A stretch of DNA of 64,000 nucleotides, taken from contig NC_045696.1 of NCBI RefSeq assembly GCF_009834535.1, positions 40,736,001 through 40,800,000 of the forward strand, written 5' to 3'. The notes beneath the pieces are model-generated. The model was not told where the DNA came from. It was given only the letters and a program-made list of their open reading frames with translations, and made no database searches. Both the position numbers and the translations under genes were made by a program. Numbering within the stretch: position 1 is the first letter of the stretch; each line of letters starts with the position of its first letter. Positions 26,545 through 40,270 of the stretch are shown here, piece by piece. The stretch is from Camelus ferus (taxonomy: Eukaryota).

Positions 26545-27640
26545 TTTTTCCTTTTGAGGTAAAGTTAACATACCATAAAATGCACAAATGTCAAATGTAC
26601 AGTTCGATGAGTTTTGACAAATTCATATAATTCTGTAACACAAAACCCTGCAGGATAAAGAACATTACCATCATCCCAGAATGCTTTCATGCCACCTCCC
26701 TGGTAATCGCCATTCCAAACTCCTTGCCCCTAGGCAACCACTGTTCTGATGTTTTTCATCCCAAAATCAGTTTTGCCTGTTCTAGAATTTCATGTAAATG
26801 AAATCATATAAGGTATGACTCTTGTTTAAGGCTTTTTTTTAAATTCAGCACAATGTTATTTAGATTCATTCATGTTGATGATAGTGGTTCTTTTTTGTTG
26901 TTTGTTTGTTTAACTGCAGAGTATATTAAGTCTGCAAGGGCTGCCATCACAAAGTACCACAGACTGGGGGGCTTAAACAACATAAGTTCACAGTTCTGGA
27001 GGCTAGAAGGCCAGGATCAAGGTGTCAGCGGGTTTAGTTTCTCCTGAGACTTCTCTCCTTGTCTGTAGATAGCTGCCTTTTCACTGTCCTCACATGGTCT
27101 TTTCTCTGTGTATTAATATCCCTAATGTCCTGTCCTCCTCCTATAAGGACACCAGTCCTGTTGGATTAGGACCCAGCCCTTATGACCTCATTTAATCTTA
27201 ATTACCTCTTTAAAGGCCCTATCTCCAAATGTAATACATTGGGGATTAGGGCTTCAGCATATGAATTATGGGGGACACAGTTCAGTCCATAACACTGAGT
27301 AATAATTATATAAATATACCACAGTTTGTTTATCCATTCTTCTTTTGATGAATACTGTGGCTATTTCCTATTTGGACCTTTTATGAATAAATCTACCATT
27401 AACATTCATATACAAGTCTTTTTGTTAACATATTTTTATTTCTCTTGAGTAAACACATAGGAATAGAACTGCTGAATCATATTTAATTTTATAAAAACTG
27501 CTAGAATTTTTTCAAAAATGATTGTACCATTTTTGCTGTCCCACTTTCAGTGTATGATAGTTTTTTGTTTTTGCTTTATATTTTTGTCAACTTTTGGAGT
27601 CATCAGTCTTTTAATTTTAGACATTTTGGTGAGTATGTAT
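26545..27640 (-). mobile_element. Old L1 3' end interrupted by MLT1A
   Basis: L1 3' UTR motifs continue on both sides of 26922-27294. Confidence 0.7.
26922..27294 (-). mobile_element. MaLR solo LTR (MLT1A-like)
   Basis: gggctgccatcacaaagtaccacagactgggg...ttctggaggctagaag...cagtccataaca; 5-bp flanks cagag/ctgag. Confidence 0.85.
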
Positions 27641-28439
27641 TGAATAACCTTTGACCAAACCCAAAAGCCAATTCTAAGTTGTTTTTATTTTTACAGTGAA
27701 CATGCTTGTTTTTGTTATAAAATGGTAATTTAAATTTTTTATTTTTACCAGAGTAATAATCAAACACTATTAAAAGTTTTTATTGAAAAAACAGCAGTCT
27801 GCTTCCCGACTCTTATCTATCTTTCCTTAGAGGCAACCAGCCTTGCCTTTAGCTCTTTTCCTTATTTGCTGCATATAGTTTACACTGTTGTTTCTTGATT
27901 TATCACTTTCTGATATTATCTAGTAACTTCCTGAGGTAGCAGATGAGGACATAGCCCTTTCGTCTACACCCTATTGCTTCTCCAATTGCTACCTCTTCTG
28001 CCAACACAGTATCACATTTTGGTTAAACAGGTACCACTCTTTCATTTTTATGCCCATGGAAATACTGTTCAATGCTGAAAAAAAAGAGAAGCTATAATCA
28101 TCCCTCCTTTCTTATACAACTGTTTATTTTCATGGCACTAATAATTACCTCTTTTCTTCATTTGCCTAGCTTTCTGTATTCCTATTGTTAATTGCTCCCA
28201 TATGTTCTAACATCTCTTCCATATGCCCATGAATAATATTTTCCATATGCGCAAATAGATCAGTTTTTGTTCTTCCCTACAGACCTCCATAATCCTATTC
28301 CACTCTGAATTGGTTATTCTGTAGGTCTGATGAGCAATTGGGACTTCTCTTTACTGCCCCTTCAATACTCTCCTGGGTTGGTGTCCCTATTTACTGAATT
28401 CTGTATCATCCTCTTTCTTGGTTTAGCCCTCAATTATGC

Positions 28440-29841
28440 TGGAATAGAGCCTTCAGTATCTGTGGGTAGGAAGTAAAATTTTTGAGACCTCAAATATCTG
28501 AGAATGTTTACTGAAATCTGAAAACTTTCCCTCGTAAGTTGATTGATAGTTTGGCTGGGTATAAAAACTAATTTGCAGATAAATTTACCCATAGTTTTGA
28601 AGGCATTGTTCCACTGAGTTCTAGCATCCATTATTGCTGTTGCAAGGTCTGCCACCATTCTTTTCCTCGAACTTTTGTATTTTGTATGTTATTGTTTTTC
28701 TTTTTAGTAATTGTTAAATCTTTTGTTTGTCCAGGATGTTCTACAATTTCACAATGATGCTTCTTAGTGTGGGTATTTTTCTTTTTCATTTTACCATATT
28801 CTTCATGGGCTTTCAGTTTGGAGTTTAATATTCTATTAAGTTTCCTCAGTCCTGGTAAGTTTGTCTTATATTATTTTTTAATCACTCCTTCTCTGCTGTT
28901 TAATATGACTATTTTTTTTCTATAATACCTTTTATTGGTATGTTGACTCTCTCAGGGGTAATTCTCTAATTTTATTACCTTTTTTTTTCTTACTATTTTT
29001 CATCTTTCTGAGAGATTTCCTCTATGTTATCTTCATACTTTCCTCCTGCATTTTTACCCCAACTTTGTTATTTGTTTTAATGTTTAAAATTTTTCTGATT
29101 TTTTTTCTTTTTTAATAGCATCCTGTTCTTGTTTCATGGATCAAAACTCTTCCTTTCTCTCTCTGAGAATATTAATTGTAATTGTTTTGAAGTACTGTGT
29201 CTGTTTCCTCAGGATTCTTTTTTCTTTTTGTTGTTTATCTGCTCTTGTGTTGGAGGCTTTCCTTAGATGTCTGATGAACCTTAGCTGTCTATTCATATTA
29301 AAAAGAGACACACTAAAAGGTTATGGAAAATCTTGTGCATAAGTGCAGCTTTTTAATTAGTAGACTTCATGGTAGAGTGATAATGATAACAAAGCTGAAC
29401 TTTTACTATAGAATCCCCAAATGTCCCTCTCTTATGGCATTTCTCTTAAGCCTTTAGAGAAGAATTCAGTAATCTCCTACATGTTACTACATGAGCCTGG
29501 CTTGAGACATCCTGAAACAAAGACAGGAAAAGGAAATGAGCCTCAACCACTGACTTCCCTATCTCTTCAGTGCCAGACTTCTTGATCTTCTTGTTCTCTC
29601 CAGAGAATAAACCTCCCGTCTTCTTCCAGGAGAGCAAAATGACAAGAACCAGCAATAGGATAGTTGCTTGACTGCCTGGGCAGAAAATATAGCCAGATGG
29701 GAGTGGAAGGGAAGCTAATCATTTTAAATATAAACCCTCAGCCAGTCTCCTTCTTTTAAACCCTTTCCTCTCTGCAGTACCTTGTGCCACCAACTTCTGA
29801 ACCTTTTCAGAGTCCGACAGGGGAAAAGCCAAGTGCCAGCG

Positions 29842-29889
<48 letters not shown>

Positions 29890-30080
29890 GTCTCCGTCTC
29901 CTAAATATGGCTTCCATTTCATTTCAACCACTTTCTATTTTCCAGAAAATTGTTGAAATCTCTCTACTACTGTCATCCTCTCCTGGTTTCTTAGGCCTTG
30001 TAGACTTAATACCTTTTTAGTTTCCTTTATTTTCATTTTAGTGGCGTTTTGAGAATGATTTGCCATGTTTAAGCAGAAGA
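28440..30080 (-). mobile_element. HAL1/L1-related ancient element
   Basis: T-rich, with gatagtttggctgggtataaaa and ttccttagatgtctgatgaaccttagctgtctattcata motifs recalled from HAL1. Confidence 0.55.
29842..29890. repeat. (CT)n microsatellite
   Basis: Directly visible, with one cg interruption. Confidence 0.95.
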
Positions 30081-32340
30081 ATCATTCTTAAAGGATATAA
30101 TTTTTGATGCTTTAAGAAATTGAAAACATACCCTAATTGCTTCATTTAAAGCTTAATAAGTTTTTTGTATATTTTTGGGCAAGTGTGATTCTTCTAAATC
30201 TTTAACTCTGTATTTAGAGTACATATTTAAAATCGCTACATAAAGAGATAACATTACTTATTAACTGTCAAAGACAGATACTGTTGGAATTGGTTTCTAG
30301 AAATGGTTGGGTGGCCTGCCTTGAGTCTTCCTCATCTTCTTACCTAGTCTTTCTGAGGGTAAACATCAGCATTTGTAAGGCAGCTGACAAAGTTTAGGAA
30401 TTTCAGTACTATGGGATTTGTATTGCTTCATAAAGTCCTCTCACTTCTATGGAAATTGACCCCCCTAAACTTGCTTCTTCATTAGCACTCTGCCACAACC
30501 AGCTAAAGTGGCTGCTCCCAGAAAACAAGTCTCATACTGCGTTTCCTCTAAGATGATGTAAGAATTTGAACCTAATATGTAAACCTGATATAGTATCTTA
30601 ACAAAAGCAATCGTCAAGCATGTTTCTTTTTTCCTTTGCATGATTCAGAATTATGTTTTTATTTTTTCTTCCATAATTGGAGAATCCATATCCTTATAGC
30701 TGAGCTCATCTTCACATTTAATTTGAGTCGTGTTTAATTGGCTTTGTAAACCTAGCATAAATACAACCTTGCACATTGAACCATACTCTTAGAGAGCACC
30801 CCCATTTGCTAAATAAGAAAATGGAACAGGTTTCTACATCTCCTTTCCCAAAACGTTGACACTGATGACAAGATATTGCTGTATGCCTTCAGGGATCTGC
30901 TAATCGTATCCAGGCCTTTGCCATAGGAGCATGAGCTGAATGTTGGCCTGGTCTGTAATTGGACTCTTATGACCATCTGGCAGCTTCTGTGACATATTAC
31001 TGGCCTTGGCCCAGCTTCTAATTGGCATCAAATTAACATGCATCTGCATCCACAAGACATCTTATCTTTCTGAATAAAAGAGGTCATAATATCTTTCTTT
31101 TCTTTATCTATGAAGCAGTTATACTTTGCAGGTTTTTGTTTTAACTGAGGAGTGAAATTTCAAGATTCCCATGTTACTTTAGTCCTGAGCGTTTTGAATC
31201 TCCTTCTATACAACTGAAACAGAGTCTAGAAACTGCTGGTCCTGGGCTTGAAGAAATTATATAGCATTATATCTCTCTGGCTTCAGGCCATAGGCATTCT
31301 TATTCTTCAGGCTGTCTGCAAACTTGAATAGAAAACTTCATCTGTGATCATTTTGAACGGAGCCAGTGGAGACAAGATTGCCTTAGTTAGCAGCTTACCA
31401 GCTTAAACTGAGTACTCTCTAGTTGTAATGGAAACTTAATCAAGAAAAATTCAGAGTAAGTTTTCACTTACATTTTATATCTTACTTGGCAACTTGTTTG
31501 AAAATGTTGAATAAAAGATCCAACACAGGAAACATTTTATATAATGGCTTATGATTAATAAATATGGAATCTGAAGCATTCTATTTTATAAATCAAGATC
31601 TTAGTCCAAATTTCCTGTTTTTCTACACTTAAAAAAAACACACAGGGTAAAAATAGCACTAAACTGTATAGGGTACTCAGAGGTCAAGGCAACAGGCAGG
31701 ATCAATTACTCAGGATGCCGTGGTGCTGAGACGTTTGTCAGACCATCAGCAGAAACATTCATTTTATAGTCACTACAGGGAAGGCATTTGGTGCAGCTGG
31801 TTTTATAAAAATGTAAGTAAACATATCCAAAAGTAAATTATCCTACTTTAGATTTTCTATGCTTTTTGAGAAGAGGAGAGGAATGGATAACAAAATAATA
31901 GATGAGTGACTGGGAAAAACAGGCCTGTACATTGCTGGTTCATAGAAAACACCAGTCATAGTAGTCAATGACTTTCTTACCACATCTTAATTTTAATCAC
32001 ATCTATTTCTCCCTGTATTTTACAAATCTAGCCACTGTCTTCAATCTTTAATATCCTGTACCATCACCTTAAACATATATATACACACACTCATTCACGC
32101 ATTTTGACCTTTGTTCAAAGATTTTCCAGTCTTAAGTCATTTGTACTTTCTCACAAATTCTCTCAGCCCAGCCCCTGCATAATAGCCCTTAGTGCATTTT
32201 CCAGTATCTCTTTGTCTATGGAATATTATCAAGATACTCTGGAGAATACGTGCATGACAATAGGTACTTTGGCATCCACATCTTTAGTTGACACTTCATC
32301 ATGCTAAGATGAAAGTTTTCTCATTTGTATTTCCCTATAG

Positions 32341-32412
32341 CCTAAAGAATGTTTCTTGATAAAACCAAAGGAAACAAGTGAAGATGCCACCAAAACCAGG
32401 AAGAGGAGAAAG
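32341..32412 (+). CDS. CMSS1: CMSS1 coding exon 3 (72 nt): [24 protein letters not shown]
   Basis: ttccctatag|CCT ... AAG|gtaata; phase 0/0; matches CMSS1 PKECFLI...KTRKRRK. Confidence 0.95.
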
Positions 32413-34205
32413 GTAATAATAATTTCTTACAATGATGTGGCCCCACATGGTTTCCATCACATTGTTAAATAGTATACTTTGATGAGGCAATTATTGTAAT
32501 CCCCACTTTAGAGATGCAAAGATTGTGAGGTTCTTTGAGGTTTGGTGACTTTCCTAAGGTCACTAGTAATAGGTATTTCTGTTGGAGCTAAAAATAAATT
32601 CTTCTAATTCCTATTTCAGTCTTGTGGAGCACCAAACATCTTTGTTACCCACTCTGTGTTTTCACTGTGGTTAGAAGTCAGACATAAGTTTCTGATTCTA
32701 GAAGGGGCCCAGAGCTATCTTGTCCTCTGGCCCCTCTGTCTCTAAGAAAAGAAATCTACCAGCCTTCTTTCCTTACCCATTTCAAGTTTTAAAACCTTAT
32801 ATCTTAGAGTATTAATAAAAAGAAAACAATAAACAGATGAAGGTAGTATAAGTATAAGGCATTTCTGACTCTAATTTGGAACCGTAAGTTAAAGCAAAAG
32901 TCTCCCCTTGATTTTAATACTCGCCTGTGAACATATGGAAAACTTTGTTGCTCCTATACAAACTTTCTGATGGCTCAGGCTTGAAGAAAGTGTGGTTGGC
33001 TTTGACCTTCTACCACAGTTGTGAAAACAGCAGTGTAATTCTCTCCCTGCCAAGAAGGGTCTGCTGCTGAAGTCAGCAGAGGAAATATGATTGGGATTAG
33101 AGCAAAGAAGATGGACTCAAACCAATTACTTAACAGCAAGCTTTTAGAAAAATGAGAGTGTGTGTGCGTATGATTCTTTTGCTCACAAATGGCCAAATAG
33201 GAAGATGAGAGATGCCAAATTGGCTGAGGTTTGGCAAGTTCTTAAAGAAATGACTTTAACTTCTCTTTGATAGTTTGTACACTAATGGCCTTCAGGAGTG
33301 TTAAGTTCTTGGTGGCTCAAGGTCAGAACTCCAGCTAAATAGTTTAGCCTTGGCTGAGGTCATGCTAAAATGTGCCCACTGATGACATATTTTTTAAAGT
33401 TAATTCATCTGACAGAACTTTGACCATTCTTGGCAGTGGTATAAAAAGAAGATAGTATGGAAGGAGAATAAAAAAGCTGGGGTGGGAGGCAGGGAATGTT
33501 TCTTTCTGGATCTTTGGTGAAATATTATAAGGAAATAAGGAGGGAAGTTTATGATGAAAGTTAAATGAACGATTCTGTGTTCCTAGTACATTACAGGCAT
33601 TCAGTAAATGCTACACAAATAAGTCCAGATCAAAATAACTGTTGTGAAGTATTTCCTGTTCTGCTTTCCATAGGGCTAATTCAAGACTGTTTCTCCCAAG
33701 ACTTGAGACTAGAAGGTCTAAAATGTCCCCCCTTTAGTGCATTCCTATGCTGAGATATGCAGCTCTTACTTTAATCCCAGAAATCCAAACTGAAACATAA
33801 TGCCTTAAGAACCAGGTTAGGCAAGAAATTCTCAAAATTCTACTCTCCCAGGAGTACAAATTGTCTAAAGCTTAAAAAGAGGTTTCCACAAGCAACAAGT
33901 TTTATTGACTTTTAACAGAAAAATAGTACCCTTTTATAGAGACTCCTGCAGAAATTTTAGTTCTTCTAGAAATCACAGACCAAGGGTTACAAGGAGTCAT
34001 TTAGATGATTTGTTCATTTTTCAAAGCTGTAGTTATGTCCGAGAAGTATCATTTAAGTTTCTCAAGTGTGTTTATTAGAACTCCTGTTCGCACCTGGCTA
34101 TCACCAAAACCTGTGTACAGTTTAAATGCCAGCGGCATCGACCTATCTTAAGTGAAATTCCATTCTAAAAAATCTGCTTCCAATTTTTTTCTTCCTTCTT
34201 ATTAG

Positions 34206-34335
34206 AAGAAAATTACTGATGTTCTTGCAAAATCAGAGCCAAAACCAGGGACACCTGAAGACCTACAGAAGCTGATGAAGGACTATTTTAGCAGTAATCG
34301 CTCAGTGATTGAATTAGAAGAACTAAACCTGCCAG
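34206..34335 (+). CDS. CMSS1: CMSS1 coding exon 4 (130 nt): [43 protein letters not shown](D)
   Basis: Pyrimidine tract plus attag|AAG ... CCAG|gtacaa; open frame matching CMSS1. Confidence 0.95.
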
Positions 34336-36339
34336 GTACAACCAAGCTTCATTGTTGTTTTCCTTTTTTTTTTTTTTTTTCTTTTCTTTTTTTCCTTCTC
34401 TTACTATTCTGAGGCTTGTTATTTGGCAAAACCCATTGTTAGTTGCTAGCAATTTTCCTGATGATGAGGAAGGAGCAAAACAGGTTCACCTTTTGTCTGC
34501 TGTGTGTTATGGCTAGGTATTTCAGCTAGGGGGCTGATATGTTTTCCACACGCTGATACTCGTTTCCTCAACTTCATAGTTTTAACTGTTGGGTGATATC
34601 TTCATTAAGATGCTAAATGGTATTTGTTCAATCTAATAGAAAGATTTGTAATTTTTTATTCAAAAGGCTAATTGGGTATACATTTTTTGGCAGATTCTTT
34701 AATGAATAAGAATCCCTAATGAGGATAGAAGTTAAATAAAAATAAAGATAAGCACACAAATGAAAGTATAGAAGTGAAACATTGACTTACTCACCCTTTA
34801 TAGACAAGAACTTTAGCTTTAATAGCATCTTATTTTTGTTGTTATCCTTAGCCTGGATGTGAAGTCATAATTGTGCATTTTAGGGTAGTGTTTTAGGTCC
34901 TAGCCAAGATTTTTTCAAGTAAGCTATCTAAAGGTAGGACAAAATTCTGCATTTTTAACAAGGCTGACACCTCACCCCGTGTGATTCTTAAGCCTGCTAT
35001 TATTTGAGATCTACTGTATTAGAATATTTACAATTAAAAGATATTGGGAAATTCTTAAAACAACCAATTTTAATTAATTTCAAAGTAATGTTATATCCTG
35101 TAACTCTTTTGTGCAGAGATTGAGGAAAAGAGATGTTATAAAATCAAAGCACAAAAGGTTTGGGTAGCACTGCTTCAGATAAGCTATGTGTAGACTACTA
35201 GGGATATCTCATACTGCTTTTGGAAAAAGTCAAAGGTAGCTTGATTTCCTTTTTCCATGACAACTGTATGCTTTCTAGAGTCTTGAGAAGCTGAAAAACA
35301 GCCCATTCCCTGAATTTTTATAATTCTTTGTAATAATGTGCCTTTTTAAAAAAAATGCATGTTAGGCTGGAGATATCAGTGTCCCTGTCTGTTCCTTTTC
35401 CAAAAGGAATATCCTTTAGGGGGTTGAAGGAGCTCATTTCCACATGTGCAGTTTCTGGAGTTTTCCACTTACAGAGATCAGAAGGTCCAACAGCAGTTAG
35501 AGACCACTCTTCTCAGCACAGCAGTTCCTCTGCACGAGAGCTAGGTCCTGGCTCTTCTATCTCAGAAACCAAGTGTTACAACAAAGCCTCTTCAAGGTGT
35601 AACTGAAGTTTGATTTTACTGTGACTTAGTGTCAATTTTCCCTTGTAGTTCTTTGTTAGTTTACCTTCACCTGAGGAAAGATAATGGGACTGCTGCTATC
35701 TGTAACCTCTTGGAACATTATAAACCTTAATTTGCTAGAATTGTAGAGAGTAGAGGTCAGAAGAAACCTTGAAAGAGTCATTTGAGTTCCATAGTGAGTT
35801 TACATTATATTATATCTATCATCATTAGAGTTCAGTAATATAATTAGGCAAGAATGTGTGGTCATGGGTTGGCTTAGGGGAAAATGTTTAAAATATGTTA
35901 AAAATACTGTTATAGCCAAAAAAAATTTGGTTTTCATTTTCAGTTAAGAAATGAGGCCATTCTCAGCCACAGTGAATGAACACATCATAGGAAGGTTTTA
36001 GAGAAAAGGCCCATCACTACACTGTTAGGACCCAGGACACAAAGGAATTCTCATCAGGTGAGAGGAGGGACACACAATTATTTGAAACAGGCTCAGAAAG
36101 GGGCATAAATATAAGGTGGATGTAAGTAATAAAATATTGTTCCTATTTAGTTGCCGATCATCTAACTTGGTTGTGGTTTGAGGTTGTTTATGTCTGTAAG
36201 GCAGGAACATGTCTTTTCAATTAATACTGTACACTGTACATTGTTAATGTCATACACATGGGAACTTAATTAGAGTTTTGAGGCAAGAGTCACTTGGAGC
36301 TAACTCAGCTGTCCTCCTGAGAGCTGCAGTGTGGTTTAG

Positions 36340-36525
36340 ATCAGTGCTAAATGCCTGTAGGCCAGCCACAACTGAATCACCCAGGAACTTAAAAAGCAAA
36401 TTCCCAGGCCCTCCCCACAAGGAATTCTGACTCACTACGCAAAAAGGAATCCATTCCAGGAATCTGTATCTTTTGTAAAGTTCTCCAGGTGAGTCTGATC
36501 ATATCCAGTCCTGGGAGATTACAGT
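36340..36525. mobile_element. MER5-like hAT-Charlie remnant
   Basis: gaatcacccagga...aaattcccaggccc...ccaggaatctgtat...ccaggtgagtctgat. Confidence 0.6.
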
Positions 36526-36779
36526 TTTAAAGAATTCAAAGGCTCTATAACAGTATAGAGGGCAACATCTTTGAAGATAGGTAGTCACATACTATGAGTT
36601 ATGTATGCTGGGTCACAACATAAGCTTCATTTAATTTAGTAATAATTTACTCCTTAGCACTCTGCTGTGTTTATAGACAAACTTTTTTTTTTTGTAGAAA
36701 GAATTAGGATGATAAACATGATGTTGCTTTTTTATACATCTCAGGTACATAATTGATAGATCATGATCATCATTGGTTG

Positions 36780-37560
36780 AGCAAGACCCCTATGTTTTAT
36801 TGTAGTATGTCACATTGTCTTTCATTGTGTTGTGTTATATTGTATTTTGATGCATTATTCCCACTCTTCCCCAAACCTCACTCCAATTTCCTTTCTCCAT
36901 AGACATTCACTCTAAGGTATTAATATACATTTTAAAATATGTATATGTTCTTATAAAATATGTCATGTTGTTGCATGTGTATACATTTTATAATATATTT
37001 AAGTGATGTGCTGAACCTCTCATTCTGCTTCTTTCCTTAATTAACACTTTTTCAGGATAAGCCTGTATAGCTTTATTTACGTCTAGTTCATTGTGTCTAA
37101 AATGCTATGTAGTAGTCTACTGATTTCATCTACTATATATTGCTCATCCATTTTCTCCTATATGGACACTTAGACTGCTTCTAGTTCCCCAGTATTAAAA
37201 ATAATGCTAGTGTGAATAGACTTGAATATGTCTATTTATAGACCACACAACAATTTCTTCCCATTATTTACTCAGGAATTGTGATCCTGGGGTCATTGGT
37301 GTATACATCTTAATTTTACTACTTTCCGGGATAGCTATACCAGTTTATACCTACACCTACAGTTCACAAGAGTTTCCATCATCCTACGTTCTCACCAACA
37401 CTTGGTATTATACATCTTTCTAACAGTAGCCATTCTAATGTGTGTGCAGTGTTATCTCATCTTGTATTAATTGCACTTCTATGATGACTAGTGAGTTTCA
37501 GCATTTCCATTTAGATTTGTTAGCTATTTCAGCTTTGCCTTTGTATAGTGCCTATTTTGT
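36780..37560 (-). mobile_element. Ancient L1 (L1ME-like) 3' fragment
   Basis: atggacacttagactgcttctag...ctcaccaacacttggtatt...gccattctaatgtgtgtgcagtg. Confidence 0.65.
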
Positions 37561-37833
37561 GGATTTGGAAATAAAGATATTTTATTAGTCAACTGAATGA
37601 TACAGCAAGCTTCTATTTCACTACTCTAAGAAATGATGGACATTTAGAAATTTACTTTTTGCTGCTGCTGTTGCTGTTGTATAAATGTTAGACAACACTT
37701 TTAAGATAAAATATCTGAGTCCCCATTTCACTAATGTACAACCTGTTCAAGAATACATCTTTCACATTTAATCTATTTTGATTATGTATGTGTTGGCAAA
37801 ATATTCTACAAAGCATGTTTCTTATATTTCTAG

Positions 37834-37893
37834 ACTCCTGTTTCCTCAAGGCCAATGATTTGACTCATAGTCTTTCATCATACCTAAAAGAAA
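37834..37893 (+). CDS. CMSS1: CMSS1 coding exon 5 (60 nt): (D)[19 protein letters not shown](I)
   Basis: tttctag|AC ... GAAA|gtaagt; phase 1/1, consistent with neighbouring exons. Confidence 0.95.
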
Positions 37894-39038
37894 GTAAGTA
37901 AACTCATTTTTTAAAATTATTTATCAAGTTATTATTTCCATTAAAACATAAGGTCTATCTCTTTAAAATAAAAACTTAGAAAACTACATTTAAAATCAGG
38001 TTTCTACTTTAAATGGATTTTAAATGAAGGTCTTTTAGGTCCATCTTGATACTAATTTTTATTTATTTAAATTTATTCTTATTTTCTCTGGCATGTTGGT
38101 CTTCTTTTTGTTTTATAACACAGTAAAAGTTTTGGTCTTAGAATCCAAAAAATTATTAGTTTTGTAGTCCCAGGTTCCCCATTAATTTGCTCTTTGACCC
38201 AAGACAAGTCACTGAGGACTCCTCTGGGACTCAATTTTGTTATCTGAAAGACAAGGAATTTGGACTATATGATCTTGAAGGCAGCTCTGAGATTCTGAAA
38301 TTCTGTTCCCATGTTCAGAGCTCAGACCATGCCTATTGCGTAGACAGTCTAATTTGACCTTTTCAGTAAATATTGTATGTAGGCAGTAATAACTAGATTC
38401 TTCATGCTAGTTAGTCATTTATTTGTGGCCAACAGTGAACAGTTTAGAGATAAAAATGTAACATTCTTCTTTCAAATTCTAACCAATTTTGACGACATTC
38501 AACTTGAGTTCATAAGCCTTTCTTAGCCTCAAATTCAGCAAATGTAAATGTAGATAATAATACAACCAATCTCACTGAATTATGAAAACTAAAAAAGAGA
38601 AATTTGCATAAAGTGCTTATCACAGTGTCAGTGTTTAATAAATGTTTGCTATTATTTTAATATCATTTCCATTTTATATCTTACACCGAGTATCCCTTTA
38701 AAATTTAACATTATTAAATCAGAGTTCTTTTCCTTATTTAGTCAACATTGCCTTCAAGCATCAAACATAAAATATAGAAAATGTATTATTACAGACTTTT
38801 TTAACTTAGTCCTAAAACTAGTCACATTTAGCTACTTAGCATATTATGTGTTTTGTGGTATAAGTTAGTATTTCGTTTTAATCTAATATCTAGAATAATC
38901 AGTATAGGATAGAATCTAAACAATGCTCATTATATTTTATTTTACTTAAACAATAAAGAAGTGATTGGAGAATATCCAACTTTGGGGACCTTATTTTGCT
39001 ATATTTAGAGTAATATTTTTCTTACGGCCTCTTTTCAG

Positions 39039-39141
39039 TCTGCCCTAAGTGGGTGAAACTTCGGAAAAACCACAGTGAGAAGAAATCGGTCCTGATGCTG
39101 ATTATCTGTGGCTCTGCCGTCCGAGCCCTGGAGCTCATCAG
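39039..39141 (+). CDS. CMSS1: CMSS1 coding exon 6 (103 nt): (I)[33 protein letters not shown](R)
   Basis: cttttcag|TC ... ATCAG|gtggga; phase 1/2. Confidence 0.95.
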
Positions 39142-39159
39142 GTGGGAAGCTTCACCTAC

Positions 39160-39620
39160 TCTGTTTCGTAAATGTTTTCGAAGTAACTGATACGTGCCAA
39201 GCTGGTATGTTCTATATTCTGGAGATGTAGCAATGAACAAAATACACAGAGTCCCTTCTCTCATGGAACTTACAGTAAACAAATAAACATACATAATAAT
39301 CTCAGATAATAATAAGTTATGTAAGAAAAAAATCAAGCATGGCAAAGAGGATGGGGGCTACTTTTAAAAGGGTGGTCACAGAAAACTTCTCTCAGGAGAT
39401 TGATATTTGAGCAAAGACTTAAACAAAGTGAGAGAAAGCCAAGCAGATATCTGGAGGAAGAGGGTTTCAGGCAGAGGGGACAATAAGTACAAAAGGCCCT
39501 GCGATGGGGTGTGCCATTGGAGGACTGTGAGCAGAGACGTTATATGATGTGAATAGTCATTCTAAAGGATCGCTTTGGCTGCTGTGTGGAGAGCACACAT
39601 TGTAGAGGGCAAGGGTAAAA
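39160..39620 (-). mobile_element. L2 3' fragment right after CMSS1 exon 6
   Basis: gtgccaag...ctggagatgtagcaatgaacaa...ctcatggaacttacag antisense L2 tail motifs. Confidence 0.7.
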
Positions 39621-39659
39621 GCACGGAGATTATACAAGCAACAGCCAGTTGTAGGAATA

Positions 39660-40270
39660 ATGAAAGAAAAGATTTAATTTAAAATAATAGCAAGAAAAAG
39701 AATGAAACACCAAGGAATAAACTTACCAAAATTTAGATAGAGAAAATATTACATGAGGGATGCAGAAGATCTTAAACAAACAAAAAGGCATACCATATTC
39801 TTGAATAGGAAGATTCAATGTAAAGATGTCTGTTTTACTTAAGGTAATCTGCAGATTTCACAGATTCCCAATGAAACTTCAATGAAATTGTTTTTCAAAC
39901 TGGAGAAACTAATTCTAAGTTCATATGAGAAAATACAGAACTAAAAATAGCTGGGGAAATTCTGAACAAGAATGTTAGAAAGGATTCTATGCCTGTAGTA
40001 TTTATCAGATTATTTGAAAAAAAATGAAGTCTCGGTAATTAAAACTGTGGAACTGGCACATGCATGAAGGACAGATCAGAACAGTGGTACAGAATCAAAC
40101 ATTCAGAAATAGACCCATGTGCATCTGAAAGTGCAGCATGTGGCAAGAGTGCCGCGTCAAGAGGGAAAGTTGGATTATTTAATAATTGGTGTTGGAACAA
40201 CTTGGTAGCCATATCTCACTTCTTATACCAAGACAAATGCCAAATGGACCAAAAATTTAAATGTAAAAAT
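39660..40270 (+). mobile_element. Ancient L1 ORF2 fragment
   Basis: ORF 40064 begins with QWYRIKHSEIDP...LFNNWCWNNL, resembling ORF2p. Confidence 0.7.
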
